Counted from the first letter of the stretch, positions 22,936 through 37,292 are shown. The stretch is DNA of 64,000 nt from Zygnema circumcarinatum SAG 698-1b (GCA_037447605.1 CM074808.1:3782001-3846000), one strand, 5' to 3'. A program made the numbers and translations. The notes: generated by a model not told the origin, from the letters alone.

Positions 22936-25155
22936 TCAGGCCCTCAGAGCGGGAGCCGGTCCCTGCCCCGCCGGAGAGGGTCGGAGGGCGACTTGCAGGA
23001 ACCGCGCCGCGAGCCGTTCCACGACTCCGCCCGCAATTTGGGACCCCAATTCCTGCGCCTCCTGCTGCCGAAGAACCTGATTCCATGCAAAAAAACCGCA
23101 GGAAATTTCAGTTCAGTTAAGGACAGAGAAACCCTAAAGGCAAGCCTTGGACGGTTGTGAGGAATGAACTACTTTAGGGTTCCCCCTCCCTCCCCCCCCA
23201 CCTCCACAATGGGCTGCAAGATCGCGGGGTCGAACTGTCCCGTGGACCGTACGAGTCCCCAGCAGCGCAGTACGGTCTCCCTCAGTTCCCGCGTGTCCCG
23301 GTCCCCCGCCCCCTGGTCCATCCCCCCCAGCAGCAGCGCCTCCCCGACCCGCGCCGCCTCCATCCGTACAAGCGTACGGAGCGCGCGGCCGTCGGGCCCC
23401 AGCGCGAGGCCCGCGAGCGCGCGTACGGCCGCGGGGGCCTCGAACTCGCGGTCGCGCCCGCCCTGGGCCAAAAGGTTCTCGAGGCGACCCCACCTGGAGG
23501 GAGGGAGGGAGGGGGAGGGGGAGGCAGGGAGGGAGGGAGGGAGGGGGGGAAACGGGGAGGGAGGAGAGGGAGTCAGAGGGGGGAGGGGGGAGAGGAGGAG
23601 GGGGAAAAGGGGNNNNNNNNNNCAAGGGAGTCAGATGGGGGAGGGGGGAAAGCGAGTCGGATGGGGGGAGGAGAGGGGGGGTGTGAGAGGGGAGAGGGGA
23701 GGGGTGAGGGGGGAGTCAGTGGGGGGAGGGGGAGGGGGAGGGAGAGGTGGAGGGGCAGGGGGAGGGGGAGGGGGAAGGGGAGGGGAAAGGGCTTTAAAAA
23801 TAGGGCTTTCGTGGTTTCAAAAGTTTAGGGGTTAGGGGTTAAGCCCGACAAGCTCTTGAGAAGGACCTTTGCGGTGTGCTCTCACCGGAACGTTCCGTCC
23901 TTGAAGAGCAGCTCGATGAGAGCGTCGCGGAGGTACGGATTTGGGTCCGTTAAAAGCCGCTTTGCCATGTACGGATATGCCGCAGCAAGGACCTGCAACG
24001 TAAAAGGAAAAAAAAAAAAAAATTAGATTCCAGAACAAAAGTGAAGACACGGGAGCAGGATGGCAGTGGGTAGATTTCTATATAATGATAACGGGAAAAT
24101 GTGTATTTCAGAAAGAAAAGGAGACTTTTTAAGGTACCTGTGATTTGCTTCGATGCATGAAATCAATCTCTTATATACGTAATAGATTCGAACTGGGCTT
24201 TTTTTCCTAACTTGGTTTTTAAATTTAAATCTCCATTTTAACCCACCTTGAAGTTAGGGTCCGTGTAGAGCGCGAGACCTTCCAGCACTGTGAGGGAGCG
24301 CAAAATGAGGGCGTAATAGGCCGGAACTGAACCCCAAACCCCCATAAATCAATCAAAAAAAAAAAAACGCAGAATCTAATCGAGTAAGCAGAAATTGCAG
24401 ATCGATAACTTAGCGGTTGAAAGCAAATACAAAAAAAAAAAAACAGCATTTGTTGCAGAAAGATCGCATATTTTCCTCTCTTTCCCCATCGTAGGTTCAT
24501 AGCGCAAAGGCAGGTGACAAGCAGCCAGGTTGAGGCTCTTTCGATGTTAGGGTTTGAAGATAGAAGCCTTAAGGGTTTTTCAGGTTTTAGGGTTTATCCG
24601 TACCATTGAAAGGGTACTGGTAGAGCACTGCCCCGAGTCCGTCCACGATCGTTTTGAAGTTGAGTTCGCTCACGGACTGAGTCAGAACGTCGTCCTGCGG
24701 ACCGTACAGCAAAAGATTATGAAGGAATCAAGGGAGGGGGGGAGNNNNNNNNNNTAGGAGGGGGGATGGGGGAATGGGAGGGGGGAGAGGGGAGAGGGGA
24801 GAGGAGAGGTGGGGGTAGAGGGGAGGAGAGAGGAGGGGAAAAAGGGGGGGGGGGGGAGACGGCTTACGAAGAAGTTTCGCAGTGCCGGCACGATGGGCGT
24901 AACGTCCACTTCGGGCTCCAAGAAGTCAAGCGCTGATTTGCACAAAGGCAAACAGACGACTTCGATAAGGAATAAAGATATAACGCGAGAGTGGGAGAGA
25001 GCAGAGTGCGAGAGAGGGAAAGGAGACAGGCTGGAAAGAAGTGAGGGCGTGGAGAAAGGGAGAGGGCAGCAGCGTGAAGAAAAGGAAGAGACGGAAAGGA
25101 TGGCAGAGGGAGGGAGGTTTAGAGAGAGGGAAGATGGTAAACATAGAGAGGAGGG

Positions 25156-25186
<31 letters not shown>

Positions 25187-27974
25187 TTGGTTTTTAGGTG
25201 CTGAGGCTCTTACCGTAGTAGTCACGAGCCATGGCTTCGTAGTCGCGGTTAACCAAATGTACCACGTGACCAATAATTGCTAGTCGCGCGTTTTCAGGGG
25301 TCTCACTCATCATCCCTGAAACAAACAAAAAAACGATCCACCAAAAAATTTAACAATTCTATCCCGCACACCAGACTTAAATTCATTCAGATCAAATTTG
25401 ACGTGTTCGGAATTGCACCAAAAACGAAACTTTTACATTACCAAAAGAAGCATTAATAAGTCAAAAGGAATTTTGAAATGTATGTACTGAAGGCTTAAAT
25501 TCAAAAGAACGGCGTTCCATGTGCAACATCTCTGGACCCTAAACAAACAGTCACATGTGCTGCTATTTCCGTTGCTGTTGCCGTTACCATACTTCGACAA
25601 ATTCAAAAAATAGAATATAAGAGGAGCATCGAATTTGAATGCAAGCAATTTACCAAAATCAAGGAATGCCAACCGCCCGTCGGGCGTTGCAAGTAAGTTT
25701 CCAGGATGCGGGTCCGCATGGAAATAGCCGTGCCTGCCCCAGCAGTTACAGAATCCGTAACACAAATTCGTTAATTTAGGAAAGAAATAAACTAGGAATT
25801 CTTTAATTCATAAAAAAGAAAGGGTAGGAGGGTTATGAATGGGACTGCGGGACTCTCACTCGAGCAGTTGCCGCAAACTACACTGAATTCCGACATCCAC
25901 CTGCACCAATCCCGAGCTGCCACGTGTCATGCCACGTCGCCTGGAACCTCATTTCCTGTGTTGTGGAAACCAAGCAGGCACTACACTCCTGTCTTTCTCT
26001 CTCTCTCTCTCTCCAATGCTCTTATCATGCGTCGCTTTCTCTCAAAAAATATGTATCGCTTTCTCTCTGCCTCTCCCTCTCTCTCTGCAGGCGTTCTCAT
26101 TCTTCTTCAGTACTTCATCCCTCTTTCCCCCCTTTTCCCCGTTTCCCCCCATTTCCCCTCTCTCCCCTCCTCTCCCCTCCTCTCCCCTCCTCTTTCTCCC
26201 TCTCCCTTCCTCTCACCCCCTCTCCCCCCCTCTCCCCCCCTCTCCCCTCCTCTCCCCTCCTCTCCCCNNNNNNNNNNCCTCTCCCTCCTGACCAGTTTGA
26301 TGACATCGAGTCCGTTCTCCGCCATCTTGGCCGCGTCGCTGAGTTTGGTCCCCTCCACCCACTCCATTACGAGCACGCGCGCGCTGGTCCACTCCCAGAA
26401 GGCTATCGGCACCACGATCTCGCTCTGCCCCGGCCCGCCGTACAGCTGCCGGAATCGCCGCGCGTTTTGGGCCTCTTGGACGTAATTCAGCTGCAGGAAA
26501 GCAAGAGGAAGAAAGGAAGGAAAAGGAAGGGGGGCGGGGGGAGGGGAAAGCAATTTGATATATATATATTGTTTTTGAGAACAAAGAAAGTAGGGCAGAT
26601 CAGTTTTATGTTGAGGTCCGAGTGTTAGGGTTAGGGTTAGGATTTTCAAGTTTCCAAATTTTCGTATTTTTTTTGAAGTTTAGGGTTTGAAATCTCGCCT
26701 CTTGGTAAACCCTAGTGGCGAAATCGTCGAGGAGGGCCGTCACCTGCTCGCACCCCATCATTAAAAAAAACATTATTCTCTATAACAAACTACCCCATTT
26801 TCCAAACCCAGTTTCCCCTTTCCCAATCTCTTACTTTACTCACCCATTCAGCCATCATAGCCCATCATCACGCATCCCTGCATGAACCCACAGAAATCCC
26901 TGAACCCTAAAAACCTCGAATTTACTCACATTTGTAGTGAGACTGTCCACATATTTGTCGACGAAACCACAAGTATTTCTAAGTAAGAAAAAATCCCGTC
27001 CAATACTCTCTTCAATTCCGGGCCTTTGAACCTTCACAGCCACTACGGCCCCCGAACTTTTCAGCTTCGCCTTGTAGACCTGCCCGAGGCTAGCGGCCGC
27101 GATCGGCTGCGGAGAAATGCACTCGAAAATTTGCTCCAAATTTGTCCCCAGTTGGCTCTCGATCAGCGCGAAGGCCTCCTTGTCGGGGAAGGTCTCCAGT
27201 TGGTCCTGGTAAGGGTTTAGGGTTTTAGGGTTTGTAGAGAAATTGAAGTTTAGGGTTTGCAGAAGATTAGGGTTTTAGGGTTTGGCAAGGTTTAGGGTTT
27301 TTAGGGTTTATAGAGGATTCGGGTATTAGGGTTTGCAAAGGATTAGGGTTTCAGGGTTTGTCAAGATTCAGGGTTTAAGGGTTGTAAGGGAATTGGGTTT
27401 TAGGGTTGGTTCCTACAAAATTTAGGGTTTCTTGAGCTTGTAGGATTTGTCAAGGCTATAGACTTTCTAGATTAGTTTTTATTTTCCATTTTTTTAGCAT
27501 TACTTTCTTTAACCCTCCCCATCATCTATCTATTCACATTCATCCTACATTCCCTTCTTCTTATTTTTCCTAATATATATATTTTTTTCCACCTGAAGCA
27601 GCGCGAGCTCCTCCAGATAAATGGGCGGAAGCAGGTCCGGCCTCGTGGAGAGTGCCTGCCCTAATTTCACGAAGGTGGGGCCCAACTCCGCGAGAGCTTT
27701 TCGGAGCTGCCCGGCTCTCAGTTCCATATTGGAATCAATTTTTCCAAAAACTTTGTCCAAATACACCGACGCCGCAATGGACCCTAAAGTGAACAGTATT
27801 CTCAACGCCCGTCCGTACGCCTGCAAGAGAATAAGAATTAGGGTTTGGCAGGGGGAGAGCTTTGGGGGTCAACATGTTTTAGGGAGTTTGAAGATTCTAG
27901 GGTTCAATAAGGCTTGTACGATTCTAGGGTTTGTAGGAAACTGAGACCCTTGTAGGGCTTTTCAGAACCTCATT

Positions 27975-28010
<36 letters not shown>

Positions 28011-28514
28011 CCTCTCCCTCTCTCTCTCTCTCCTCGCCACCTTACGCCGCCTTGCACGACCGATTTAAGAAGGGAGGGGTTAGGGTTTCAGAGTACTCAG
28101 AACTTCAAGAGTTTCAGGGTAGTTTAAAGCGCTTTTGAAGAGATTTTTAAAGAGAGATTTTTAAAGAGAGATTTTTAACGAGAGATTTTTAAACAAAGAG
28201 AATTTTGAATAAAGCGATTTTTAAACAAAGAAATTTTAGGGTTTTCTCGCCCTTGCACCCACCTCCAACGGCCTCTGCTTGTACCGCCGTGCGAGCTCCC
28301 CCGCGTCATAAATCGGAGCACTCTTCGACCGCGCAATCGCCCTCGCCTCCGCCTCCGCCTCCTTCCGGGAGATGGCCGTGACGTGACGACCTCCCTTATT
28401 GGCTCCGGACCCGTCTCTTTGGGTCCGTTCCGTCCTCGGCCGTTCCGTTAAGACCGCACATGGAACCCGCAAACGGAGGAGGAGTCCGTGGCGGCGCAAT
28501 CGTCGGAGCGACAC
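22936..28514 (-). CDS. ABC1K3: Plastid ABC1/UbiB atypical kinase, ABC1K3-like, multi-exon; true start codon not resolved
   Basis: Exons: [135 protein letters not shown]. The C-terminal motifs match my recollection of Arabidopsis ABC1K3. The ORF-track start at 28514 is GTG, so an upstream exon is likely. Confidence 0.88.
27212..27430 (+). repeat. Degenerate interstitial telomere-like (TTTAGGG)n tract in an ABC1K3 intron, ending at the 3' splice site
   Basis: gggtttagggttttagggtttgtagag...ttagggttttagggtttggcaaggtttagggtttttagggttt; on the sense strand aaaaccctaaacccttaccag precedes the exon. Confidence 0.8.
28135..28235. repeat. Short tandem repeat (~14-bp AGAGATTTTTAA unit, about 4-6 copies) in an intron
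   Basis: agagatttttaaaagagagatttttaaagagagatttttaacgagagattttt. Confidence 0.75.
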
Positions 28515-31500
28515 GTGTCTGCTTCGGAAAGAAGATTAAACACGCTTTACAGTTTTAAGTTCAAACAAAGAAAAACATTGGTCGAAATCGACTGAGGAAT
28601 GTAAGGGTGTACATGTGAAGATTTTAGGGTTTGGGCGATTTTGAAGTTTGCTTAGTATTTTGGGTTTTGAGGATTGAGCCGTGGCTGAAATCGAATTCAA
28701 ACGGAAGTGAAACATAGATAAGAATAAGTACATTTGATTACTAAGATTATTACAGGGGAGGACAGATTCTCGCATCTTTTTGTACCTTTTGGGGTCATAA
28801 AGAACGCCGCTCCCCAAAATGGAGCGTGAAAGCGGAGTCGGCACAATTTGCATTGTGCTCCCAGAAACGACCTGCAGATGACACGTGGCACAAGATGATT
28901 GGCTAACGCAAAGAATGGTGGTGCTTGACCGTTAGGAAGGTTACGGTTTCGGAGATTTTTCCCAGTGGGCGACGAATTAGTGGGGGAGGGGGAGAGGGAG
29001 GGCGGGGGAGAGGAGGGGGGAGAGGGAAGGGGGGAGGAGGAAGGAGGGAGGGGGAGAGGTGGGGGAGATGGCAGAGGAGGAGAGAGTGGGGAGAGAGGGA
29101 GAGAAGGGGAGGGTGGAGAGGGGGACTGTGGGGGAATGGGGGAGAGGGGGAGAGAGGGGGGAGGGGGGAGAAGGGGANNNNNNNNNNGGGAGGGGAGAGA
29201 GAGGGAGAGAGGGGGGAGGGGGGAGAGGGGGAAGAGAGGGAGAGAGGGTGGAGAAGGGGGAGAGGGGGAGTGTGGGGGAAGGGGGGGAAGGGGGGAGAGA
29301 GGGGGAGAAGGGGGAGGGGGAGGTAGGGTGGAGGGGGGCGAGGGGAAGAAGGAGCAAGCGAGGAGTGGGAGAGGTGGAGGAGTGCGAGCTGACAGATAGG
29401 GGGAGAGGAGTACAACAGGGCGAGGGGAAGGGAGAAAAAGTGAAGAGGAAAGGACGAGGAGTGGAAGAGGTAGAAGAGAGCAGGAGAGAGTGAGGTGTGG
29501 AAGTGGGAGAGGAGTGGGAGCCGAGAGAGAGGGTGAGGGACGCAAGACGAAGAAGGAGCGGAGTGGGAGAGGGAGACAAGGGAGAGCTGAGAGGGGGGAG
29601 AGGAGTGCGAGAAGGGGAGGGAGAGAGAGAGGACTGAGAGAAGGAGCGCTTGGTCGTCAATTGGATTAAATTTGTAAATAAAAAACCTCCGGATTCTGAA
29701 AAAACTTAATACATTGAAGAATTTTCGTAGTAAATAGTGAGAGAATTGAGGATCCAATTCTGCTTTAGAAACTAAAATTTGTATTTTAAGTTTTGAGATG
29801 GGTCCTGAAACCTTATTGGGTGAGTAGAACAGAAGCTGCGTTGGAATTGTGGAGAGTTTACAGAACAGGTCCAAAACAAATAATCCAAAATGTGTGAAAT
29901 CTGTTTAGCCCGAAATAACTGAAAACTCAAATTTGATATCCCGAAACTTGAAACCCCAAACCCTGAATACGCAAACGAACCAGTGGGGGTGAATGGGGGT
30001 TTTGGGTTGTGTGAGAGCGGGAGAGAGAGAAGAGGGGGGGAAGAGGGAGAGAGAGAGATAGAGAGATAGAGAGAAAGAGAGAGAGAGAGAGAGAGAGGGG
30101 GGGGGAGGGAGAGGAAGGAGAGAAAGTAGATATCACGTGGAGTCCTTACTTTATCCTCTCACCGATAGGAGGCAGCGAGATGGAGAGAGGAGGTAGGACG
30201 AGGGAGTCCTCCCAGTATTCCACGTGGCGGGCGCTAATAATGCCACGTGGCGCAAACAAGCTTAACGAGGGACGTGTCGCGCTGAGATGGACCGCACGTG
30301 TGAAGGTGCCTCGTGGTTCGGCCACGTGGAGGGCGCGCAGACCATGGGGCTGTTCGGCTGGTCAATCCCCCTTTGCTTCAATCCCTCTTATTTTTCTCTG
30401 CCCCGGCCAGATCTAAAATGCTATTCTGGCCGTTTTGGTGGGATACCCGTTTTATGCGGTCAGGCTACTGACAAAAAAGCCCGAAGGAAAGAATACGGGA
30501 AAAACGTTTTCATCCTGCCCGTTCTTACATATTCCGATGGCAAAAACACTCTTCCTGAGGGCATTCAACTGTTTTTGAGTTTCAAAGGTTTTCGTCGTGT
30601 GTGCCCGAAGGGAAAAAAGGCTTATTTTTGACTTCCAAAAGTTTGTTTTCAGCTGACCGTTGACATTGATTGGTGGGTCCCACCTTCGACGTCCACCGAC
30701 ATCCACCGACACCACCGACATCCTACCAGCAATAGATGCACGCCACGTCACTGTCCAGGTCTTTTGGCCACAAATTCAGATTTTCCAGGCGGGATTTGCA
30801 GAATATTGACGTGGCCACCTATCATTGGTCTACGCCACGATAGCCGACAAAACTTTGAGTGGATATTTTATGCCTCGCCAAATTCTTTTATGAATTTTGG
30901 AACCGGAATGTAATTTCAAATTTTGACTCTAGTGTCCCAACTCCGTATCGCTCAATATCCCGATATTACAATACAGTACGGTATGGGGCACGCATCGATA
31001 CGATGTGGATTCACGCATAATATCGAGAATATCCAATGTATCGGGGATATTATCGGGCACACACTCACTTCTAGGGACCAAACGACTACAAATCGAAACC
31101 AAGCCAACATTAGACCTTCAACAACAACTTGTTGGGCTTTGCCCAAATTTGGAACAATATACACATGAACAAGGAAAAGCTATATATGAAATGCAACTTT
31201 CTTCACATATGAACGAATAAATAAACAAACACGAAAATGATGTTTCAGTATATAATTTTTTGGCATTTCAAACCATCATGTTATGTGCATGATGATGATG
31301 TGAGGCATGCATGCATGCCTCACATCATACTTAGAACTCAGAAGTTGGGCCCAAGGGCGGTTATCGACCCTATTGTGCAAGCTGAAAAGTTTGCAAATCG
31401 AACTCTTATTATTGTACTAGTAGTGTGAACACGTCCGGGAAACCCTGGACCATGAGACCGCCCATGATGGAGTTTTGTGTTGAAAAACAACATGGTCTAT

Positions 31501-31559
31501 AGCAAGCTTGGAAGCCATCACTTCTCAACGTCGTCACGTGACGGACCCGCAAGGTCCGC

Positions 31560-31640
31560 AAACCCTATTATGTGAAACCCTAATTTTCCTTAAAACCCTA
31601 ATTTTTCCTAAAACCCTAATTTTCCCTTAAACCCTAACCT
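31560..31640 (+). repeat. Telobox (AAACCCTAA) cluster, spaced ~17-18 bp
   Basis: aaaccctatt..aaaccctaattttccttaaaaccctaatttttcctaaaaccctaattttcccttaaaccctaacc. Confidence 0.75.
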
Positions 31641-31792
31641 TCAATCTGACCGCCCCTGCTGACCCCTCCCTCCAATCTAGTCAAAGTATTCAGCGCATTT
31701 GCTTATTAGATAAGAGGACTGAACCGAGAAATTTACAATACATAGAATGGCAAGTTCGCCAAACACAGTGAAAAAAAGTTTGTAGTTTTGAC

Positions 31793-34700
31793 CTAATTTC
31801 CACGCACCAACTTCAGCAGCGCAACCGCCTGCATGCAAAAAACGGTTGAAAAGCATAGAAACAGTCAGGCCTTCCGTTGAACTTTGACAGAACTGTGAGC
31901 ATGGAACATGGGAGTGGGTCCTTACATCTATCAACTGTAACTGAACTGAAACTGAAGCTTCTTCCCATTGTTTATTTCGCACTTGATTTTATTCAATCTT
32001 CTTTCTTTCTTAAAAAAAAATTGCCAAGAATATTCAAGAAACAGATTCTGCAGGTTATTGCGGGGTTCAGAAACTATCAAAGTTTTATGACGCTTCAGGA
32101 TTAAGGCTTTAAAGCTCCAAGGTGTTCCAGGGTTACGTATTTTTGAGAGTTCAAGAAAGTTCTCGAAGTTTTTGTCTACAGTAATAGTTCGATTCAACAA
32201 ATTTTAGGGTTTGACAAGCTTCTGAGGTTTCTGAGGGTTCAGAATTAGGGTTTCCGTGCATTCTAGGGATTCCAGGCTCTATATGGTTTCCAGGTTTTCT
32301 AGGGTTCAGAAACATCGCAGAAATTTCAACTTCTCAAACTTCTTCTATGCTTCTGCATGTCCCTAGGGCTTCCCTTAGATTTTTCAGGTTTATAAAGAGT
32401 CCGTAAATATTTAGGGTTGAGGGCTTTTAGATTTCTTCTAAAAAATCTTGCGCCTTTAAATGGGCTTTCCAGGTCTACAAAGGGCTCTAAGGATTTTTGA
32501 AAGTTCCTAACTAGAATTTTAGGTTTTCAAATTAAAGTCTTCCAAGTTTCTAACTCGGATTTAGAAACTTTAGACCGAGGATATCAAAGTGTCCAAGTAT
32601 GGTTTCCAGCCCAGTCTCCAAATTACTTCAAAATTTTTGCAGGGTCTCTCAGTATCTTCCTCTCTCTCCCTCTTCCCCTCTCTCCCAACCCTTTCCTCTC
32701 CCGCTCTCTTCCCCTTCCCCTCCCCCCCCCTCCCCCTCCTCCCTCTCTCCTCTCCCCTCTCCACTCTCCCCTCTCCCCTCTCCCCCTCTCTCCCACTCCT
32801 TTCCCCTCCCTCTCTCTTCCCCCTCCCCTTCCCCTCCCCCTCCTCCCTCCCCCTCTCCCTTCTCCCCTCTTCCCTCTCCCCTTTCCCTCTCTCTCTCCCC
32901 CCTCTCTCCTCTCCCCTCTCCCCTCTCCCCTCTCCCTCCCTCTCTCTCTCCCCAACCCCCCCCCCGCTCCCCCTCTCTCTCCCTCTCCCTCTCTCACCTT
33001 CTCCCTCCCTCTTTGCGTCCCGTGCTCCGATATGACCACCAGCGTGGGCAGCACCATCTCCGCCCTCAGTGCCTCTAGCGCCTCCTCTCCGGACTGCGCC
33101 AATAGGAGCAGCGCAGAGACCGCGTGGGCCTGTGCGCGAAGCGAGGGGCCCTCCAATACGTTCACAACCGTTTCTATGTTCTCCTCCGTTAGCATACGCG
33201 CACAGGCCTCCTTCGACTTCGCCAAAGTGGCCAGCAAAAGGACAAGCTCCTCCTCCATGTCGGCAGGGGAAGCTAGAAGCTGGAGGACGAATTCCACGAC
33301 GCCACGTGTCACCATGTCGGACCGACATTTTTCAACCATGGCGAGGTTCACTAGCCCCATCGCCGCGTCTTTTCTCGTTCGCGATTTTTCACTCGACTCT
33401 AATTCTTTCAACAAATGGGGAACCACATTGAGACGGAGCATGTGTTCTCTGTTGGTGGGTTCTACGGAAAGGTTACATAGAGCCCCGAGAGCGTTCTCCC
33501 GCACGTCTACCGTCTCTCCCTCCATCATAAGACGGCCGAGTGGTTCTATGGCTCCCGCAGCCGCAATGGGTCGTTTAAGCTCTATCTCCCACGCTAAATT
33601 CAGCAAAGTAGCAGCGGCATTTTCTACTATATTTGTTACTTTGCAGCTTAAGAGCTCCACTAAGAGAGGGACAGCTCCCAGTTGAGCCATGGCTTGCCTT
33701 GTGGGCCAAGAATCCTTCGACATCACTCGAAGCTCTTGCACCGCTCTCACTTTCGCCTCTCCCTCCTCACCACTCCCTACCTCTATCGCTGCTTTAATCT
33801 CTGCTTCTGTGGGAGGCACAGGTGCCGCAGGCGAGCTCCGCCTCCTCGATAAAGTGGGGATTTCTCCTTTTCTTGGCGTTCCCGGAGACGGCGGAAAATT
33901 CATTCCTGTTGAAGTTTGAGACATTTGAGCCTGAGGTGTTTCAAGAGAATTATGATTTAAAGAGTCGGGAGACGGAGTAAGGGACTGACTCCGCAACATC
34001 ATACTGCGAAAATCTTGCAATCTCTGCGATCGAGAACTCGTTATTCTGTTTCTTCCCGACCCTGCTCTTCCTAATCCTTGCTCTCTCTCAACTCCTTCCC
34101 CGTCTTTCTTGCCCGATTCTCTCACTGCCAAGTCACTCTCAGAGCTACCGCTCTCCCCTCCCTCTCCCCCACCTCTCTCTCCCCCGCCCTCGCCCTCTCC
34201 CCTCATTCCACCCCCTACCCCCACCCCCCCTCCCCTCACTTCCCCATTCCCCCCTCCCCTCTTTCCTCCCTCTCCCCCCTCTCCCTCTCCCCTCTCTCTC
34301 CCCCCTCCCCCTCCCCCTCCCTCCCCTCTCCCGCTGCTGCTCTCTCTCGCCCTCATCTCCCGCACCACCCGCGCTATCTTCTCCTCATTCACAGTCACTT
34401 TGCTGGGTCGCATCACTCCATGCGCCTCGCACCAATTGTCCACCATTGATCGGAGCACATCATTGGCTTTGAGTGTGCCACGTGTCAGCTTCTGATGGGT
34501 CACCGGACACTCCTCATAGCCCAGCCCCAGAAAGCACTGAATGTAGGCCCTCTCAAAGCTCTCCCCCGACGACCCACTCACAGGGTCGACCATTAAGCTC
34601 TCCGAAATTGGGCACACAAATTTTTTCGGAATTAGCCCTCCGCTGGTAAGCCATTCGGCTACGGTCAACTTCCGGTTGACCTCCGTCTGCGCCTGTCGGA

Positions 34701-34845
34701 GTGCATTCCCTACATTGTCTACATTCCGTGAAGTCCGTACAGGCTCCGTACCGGCTCCCTCCTCGCGCTCGCCCTTGAGGGAGGCGCTGCGGCGCTGCGG
34801 CTTGGGCCCGAACAGGCTGCCCAGGACGCCGCGGGCGCCCGGCAT
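31793..34845 (-). CDS. Plant U-box/ARM-repeat E3 ubiquitin ligase (PUB-like), exons 34845-32998 and 31828-31793
   Basis: U-box IPKKFVCPISESLMVDPV..GESFERAYI..CPVTHQKL..NDVLRSMVDNW; ARM repeats MAQLGAVPLLVELL..ENAAATLLNL..IAAAGAIEPL; phase-0 intron joins GTQRGREK|AVALLKLVRGN*, a typical PUB C-terminus. Confidence 0.92.
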
Positions 34846-36039
34846 GTGTCGCTGTTGCAGTTGCAGTTTCAGTACCCGTTAGGGTATACGCCGGGGTCGG
34901 CTCCCGCTTTCGGTTTCAGTTGCAGGTTTCTCTCTCTCTCTCTCCCCCCCTCTATCTCTTCCCCTCGTTCGCTTTCAACCAATTCCCCTCTCCCTCTCTC
35001 TCCCTCCTTCACTCTCGCCCTTCGCCCTCTCCCTCTCCCTCTCTTTCTTCCCCTCCCGCTGACTCTCCCTCCCTCTCTCCTTCTCCCTCCCTCCTACACC
35101 CTTGCCCTCCCTCTCTCCCTTCGCTCTCTCTCTCTCCCTCCCGCTGTCTCTCTCTCTCTCCTACTCCCTCCTCCCTCTCACTCCCTCTCCTTCACCCTCT
35201 TCCTTTCCCCCCTCACTCTCTCTCCCTCCCTCTCTCCCCCTTCGCCCTCTCCCTCCCTTCGCCCTCCCCCTCTTCCTCTCTTTCTCCGTCCCGCTGTCAC
35301 TCCCCCTCGTTCACCCTTTTCCCCCCTCCCATCTTTCTCTCTCTCCCTCACTCCCTCTCCCTCGCCCTCCCACTCCCCTCGCCCCCTCCCCGGTCCTAGT
35401 CTTGAGCCGCCAGTCGTCATACGACGTCACCCGCCCAATCACACCGAGGTCCTACCCGCGGGCAGAAAAACAAACACTATTGTCTGCCCGCTTGACGAAA
35501 AACCTTTCTTTACGGGCGTGTCAGACTTCAAAAATTCTCGCAATATCGTAAAACCGAACAAGTTGAGAAATTTCGTAAGCGAGTTTACTTAATTTCTCAA
35601 TTCTCAATCTTGTTGAATAATAGGTTGAACTTTGAACACTCGAGGTCGATTTTTTTTCAATTTAAGAAAGCGAAAAGTTTGAAGAAAAAAGTTCAAAGAT
35701 TCTATTGGTTCGGTCGTCCTCTTGATTCCACTTTTTGTCACGTTGGTTCCGTCCGATTAGAGAGATTCAGCTAACCCGGGTTGACCCAGTTTTTTCGTAC
35801 GACTCTCCCGAGAGCAGATCAACAAATTTCTGTACGAACAACCGGCTTCACGCGATACGATCCGCTAAAATCTCATTGTTGATCAGTGGACCCAGGGAAA
35901 ACCCGACTTGAACACGGACAATAATTAATTGTTCAATGTTCAATTGGTTCTCCGTAAAAATTAGCATTGAGAAAAAATTTAGGAGTTCATTTGTCATTTC
36001 TCAAAATGAATCGTGTTCACAGATTTAGGGTCAACCTTT

Positions 36040-36170
36040 TTCCGTTTCGTACAGGTACAAATTCGTACGCTTCCGGTAAAAGACAGTACGTTCTCTGTAC
36101 GGGAAGAAACGTGCTCAGTACGAGAAAGTACATTTCCTGTATTTTCTTTCCGTACGAATTCGTACTTTTG
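36040..36170. promoter_or_regulatory. Dense GTAC cluster (SBP/SPL core motif) upstream of the PUB gene
   Basis: About 9 GTAC cores in ~125 bp counted by eye; regulatory role is inferred only. Confidence 0.35.
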
Positions 36171-37261
36171 CCAGCAGAGTTCCGCACCAAAATTCGGAAT
36201 CAGTTCTCAGCCTCAGCCGCTGCATGAATTTTGCATTCTAAACTATCAACGGAGGCCGACACGTGGCAAAAAGTGCTTAACGTCCACGTGTCCACCTTTC
36301 AATCGTCCATGAGTATCACGTGGCTAACACGTGTCGATTTCTGGTTGGCTCCAACGCCTCCCGGCGATCCAATCGGCTCGCAAATGCGGATGGTTTTTTA
36401 AATCCAGCGGTCGTAAATTTTCGGTTCGGAGGTTGCAAACTTTCCGACTCAGTTTGCAACTCCGCTCCTTCAACCAACGGTTGGTCGAAGTTGGACACGT
36501 GGACCCCGTGTCTTATATGTAAAGGCGACGCAGGTTGCAAACTCGGAAATACGCCAAAGTGATGATGTCACGATGAGGTCAGAATAAAACGACAAGCATT
36601 ATTTCGAAGTATTTTCCCACTTGTGATGCCACAAGCCGTACTGCACCAGATAATGTTTTGTCGTTTAGCGGAATACAGCACTTGGCACTAATGCCGTCCG
36701 AACGAAAATAAAAAACCCGAAACCAAAACCAAACCAAAACCACAGAAACCCAAACTTAGAAACCATCAACACATCAAGATCAAGATCATGATCAAGATCA
36801 AGATCCCACATCAAGATTGTCCGCAAAACCCTGCCCAACATGTTGGGGTTTCTGTACAAAAATGTAATCGCAAGTTTTTGAGCATTGTGGGCCATTCTAG
36901 GCTCCATCCTTCCTTCCCGACACGTGGCTCATCAATTAACTGAAAAAGACCTACACGCTTGGGCACTGCCCGGATCCTTATTAAACTTTGTCCTCTTCTT
37001 CAGGACTTGCCCCTCCTTATGGCCAAAATGTACGGTCATGATGACATGACCGAACTCTAAAAAGGAGGGCCCAAACACAACACAAAAAAAAAAAAACCCC
37101 TTAGCAAAAAAAATAGTAATAATGAATGTAACTTCTTAGCCTATTCTCCACCCCCCGCCACTCCCTTACCTTCCCTTCCCTTCTCTTCCCTTTTCTTTCC
37201 GCTGCGCTCCGTTCCGCTGAGCTCCGTTCCGTTAAACTCCAACATAGAACGGCCCATGCCC

Positions 37262-37292
<31 letters not shown>

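Noticed and set aside
30915-31075. TATCG/CGATA-rich segment with weak AGTGT..ACACT inverted ends, possible hAT-type MITE (similar motifs at ~990 and ~13700)
   Set aside because: Inverted ends are too degenerate and there is no target-site duplication.
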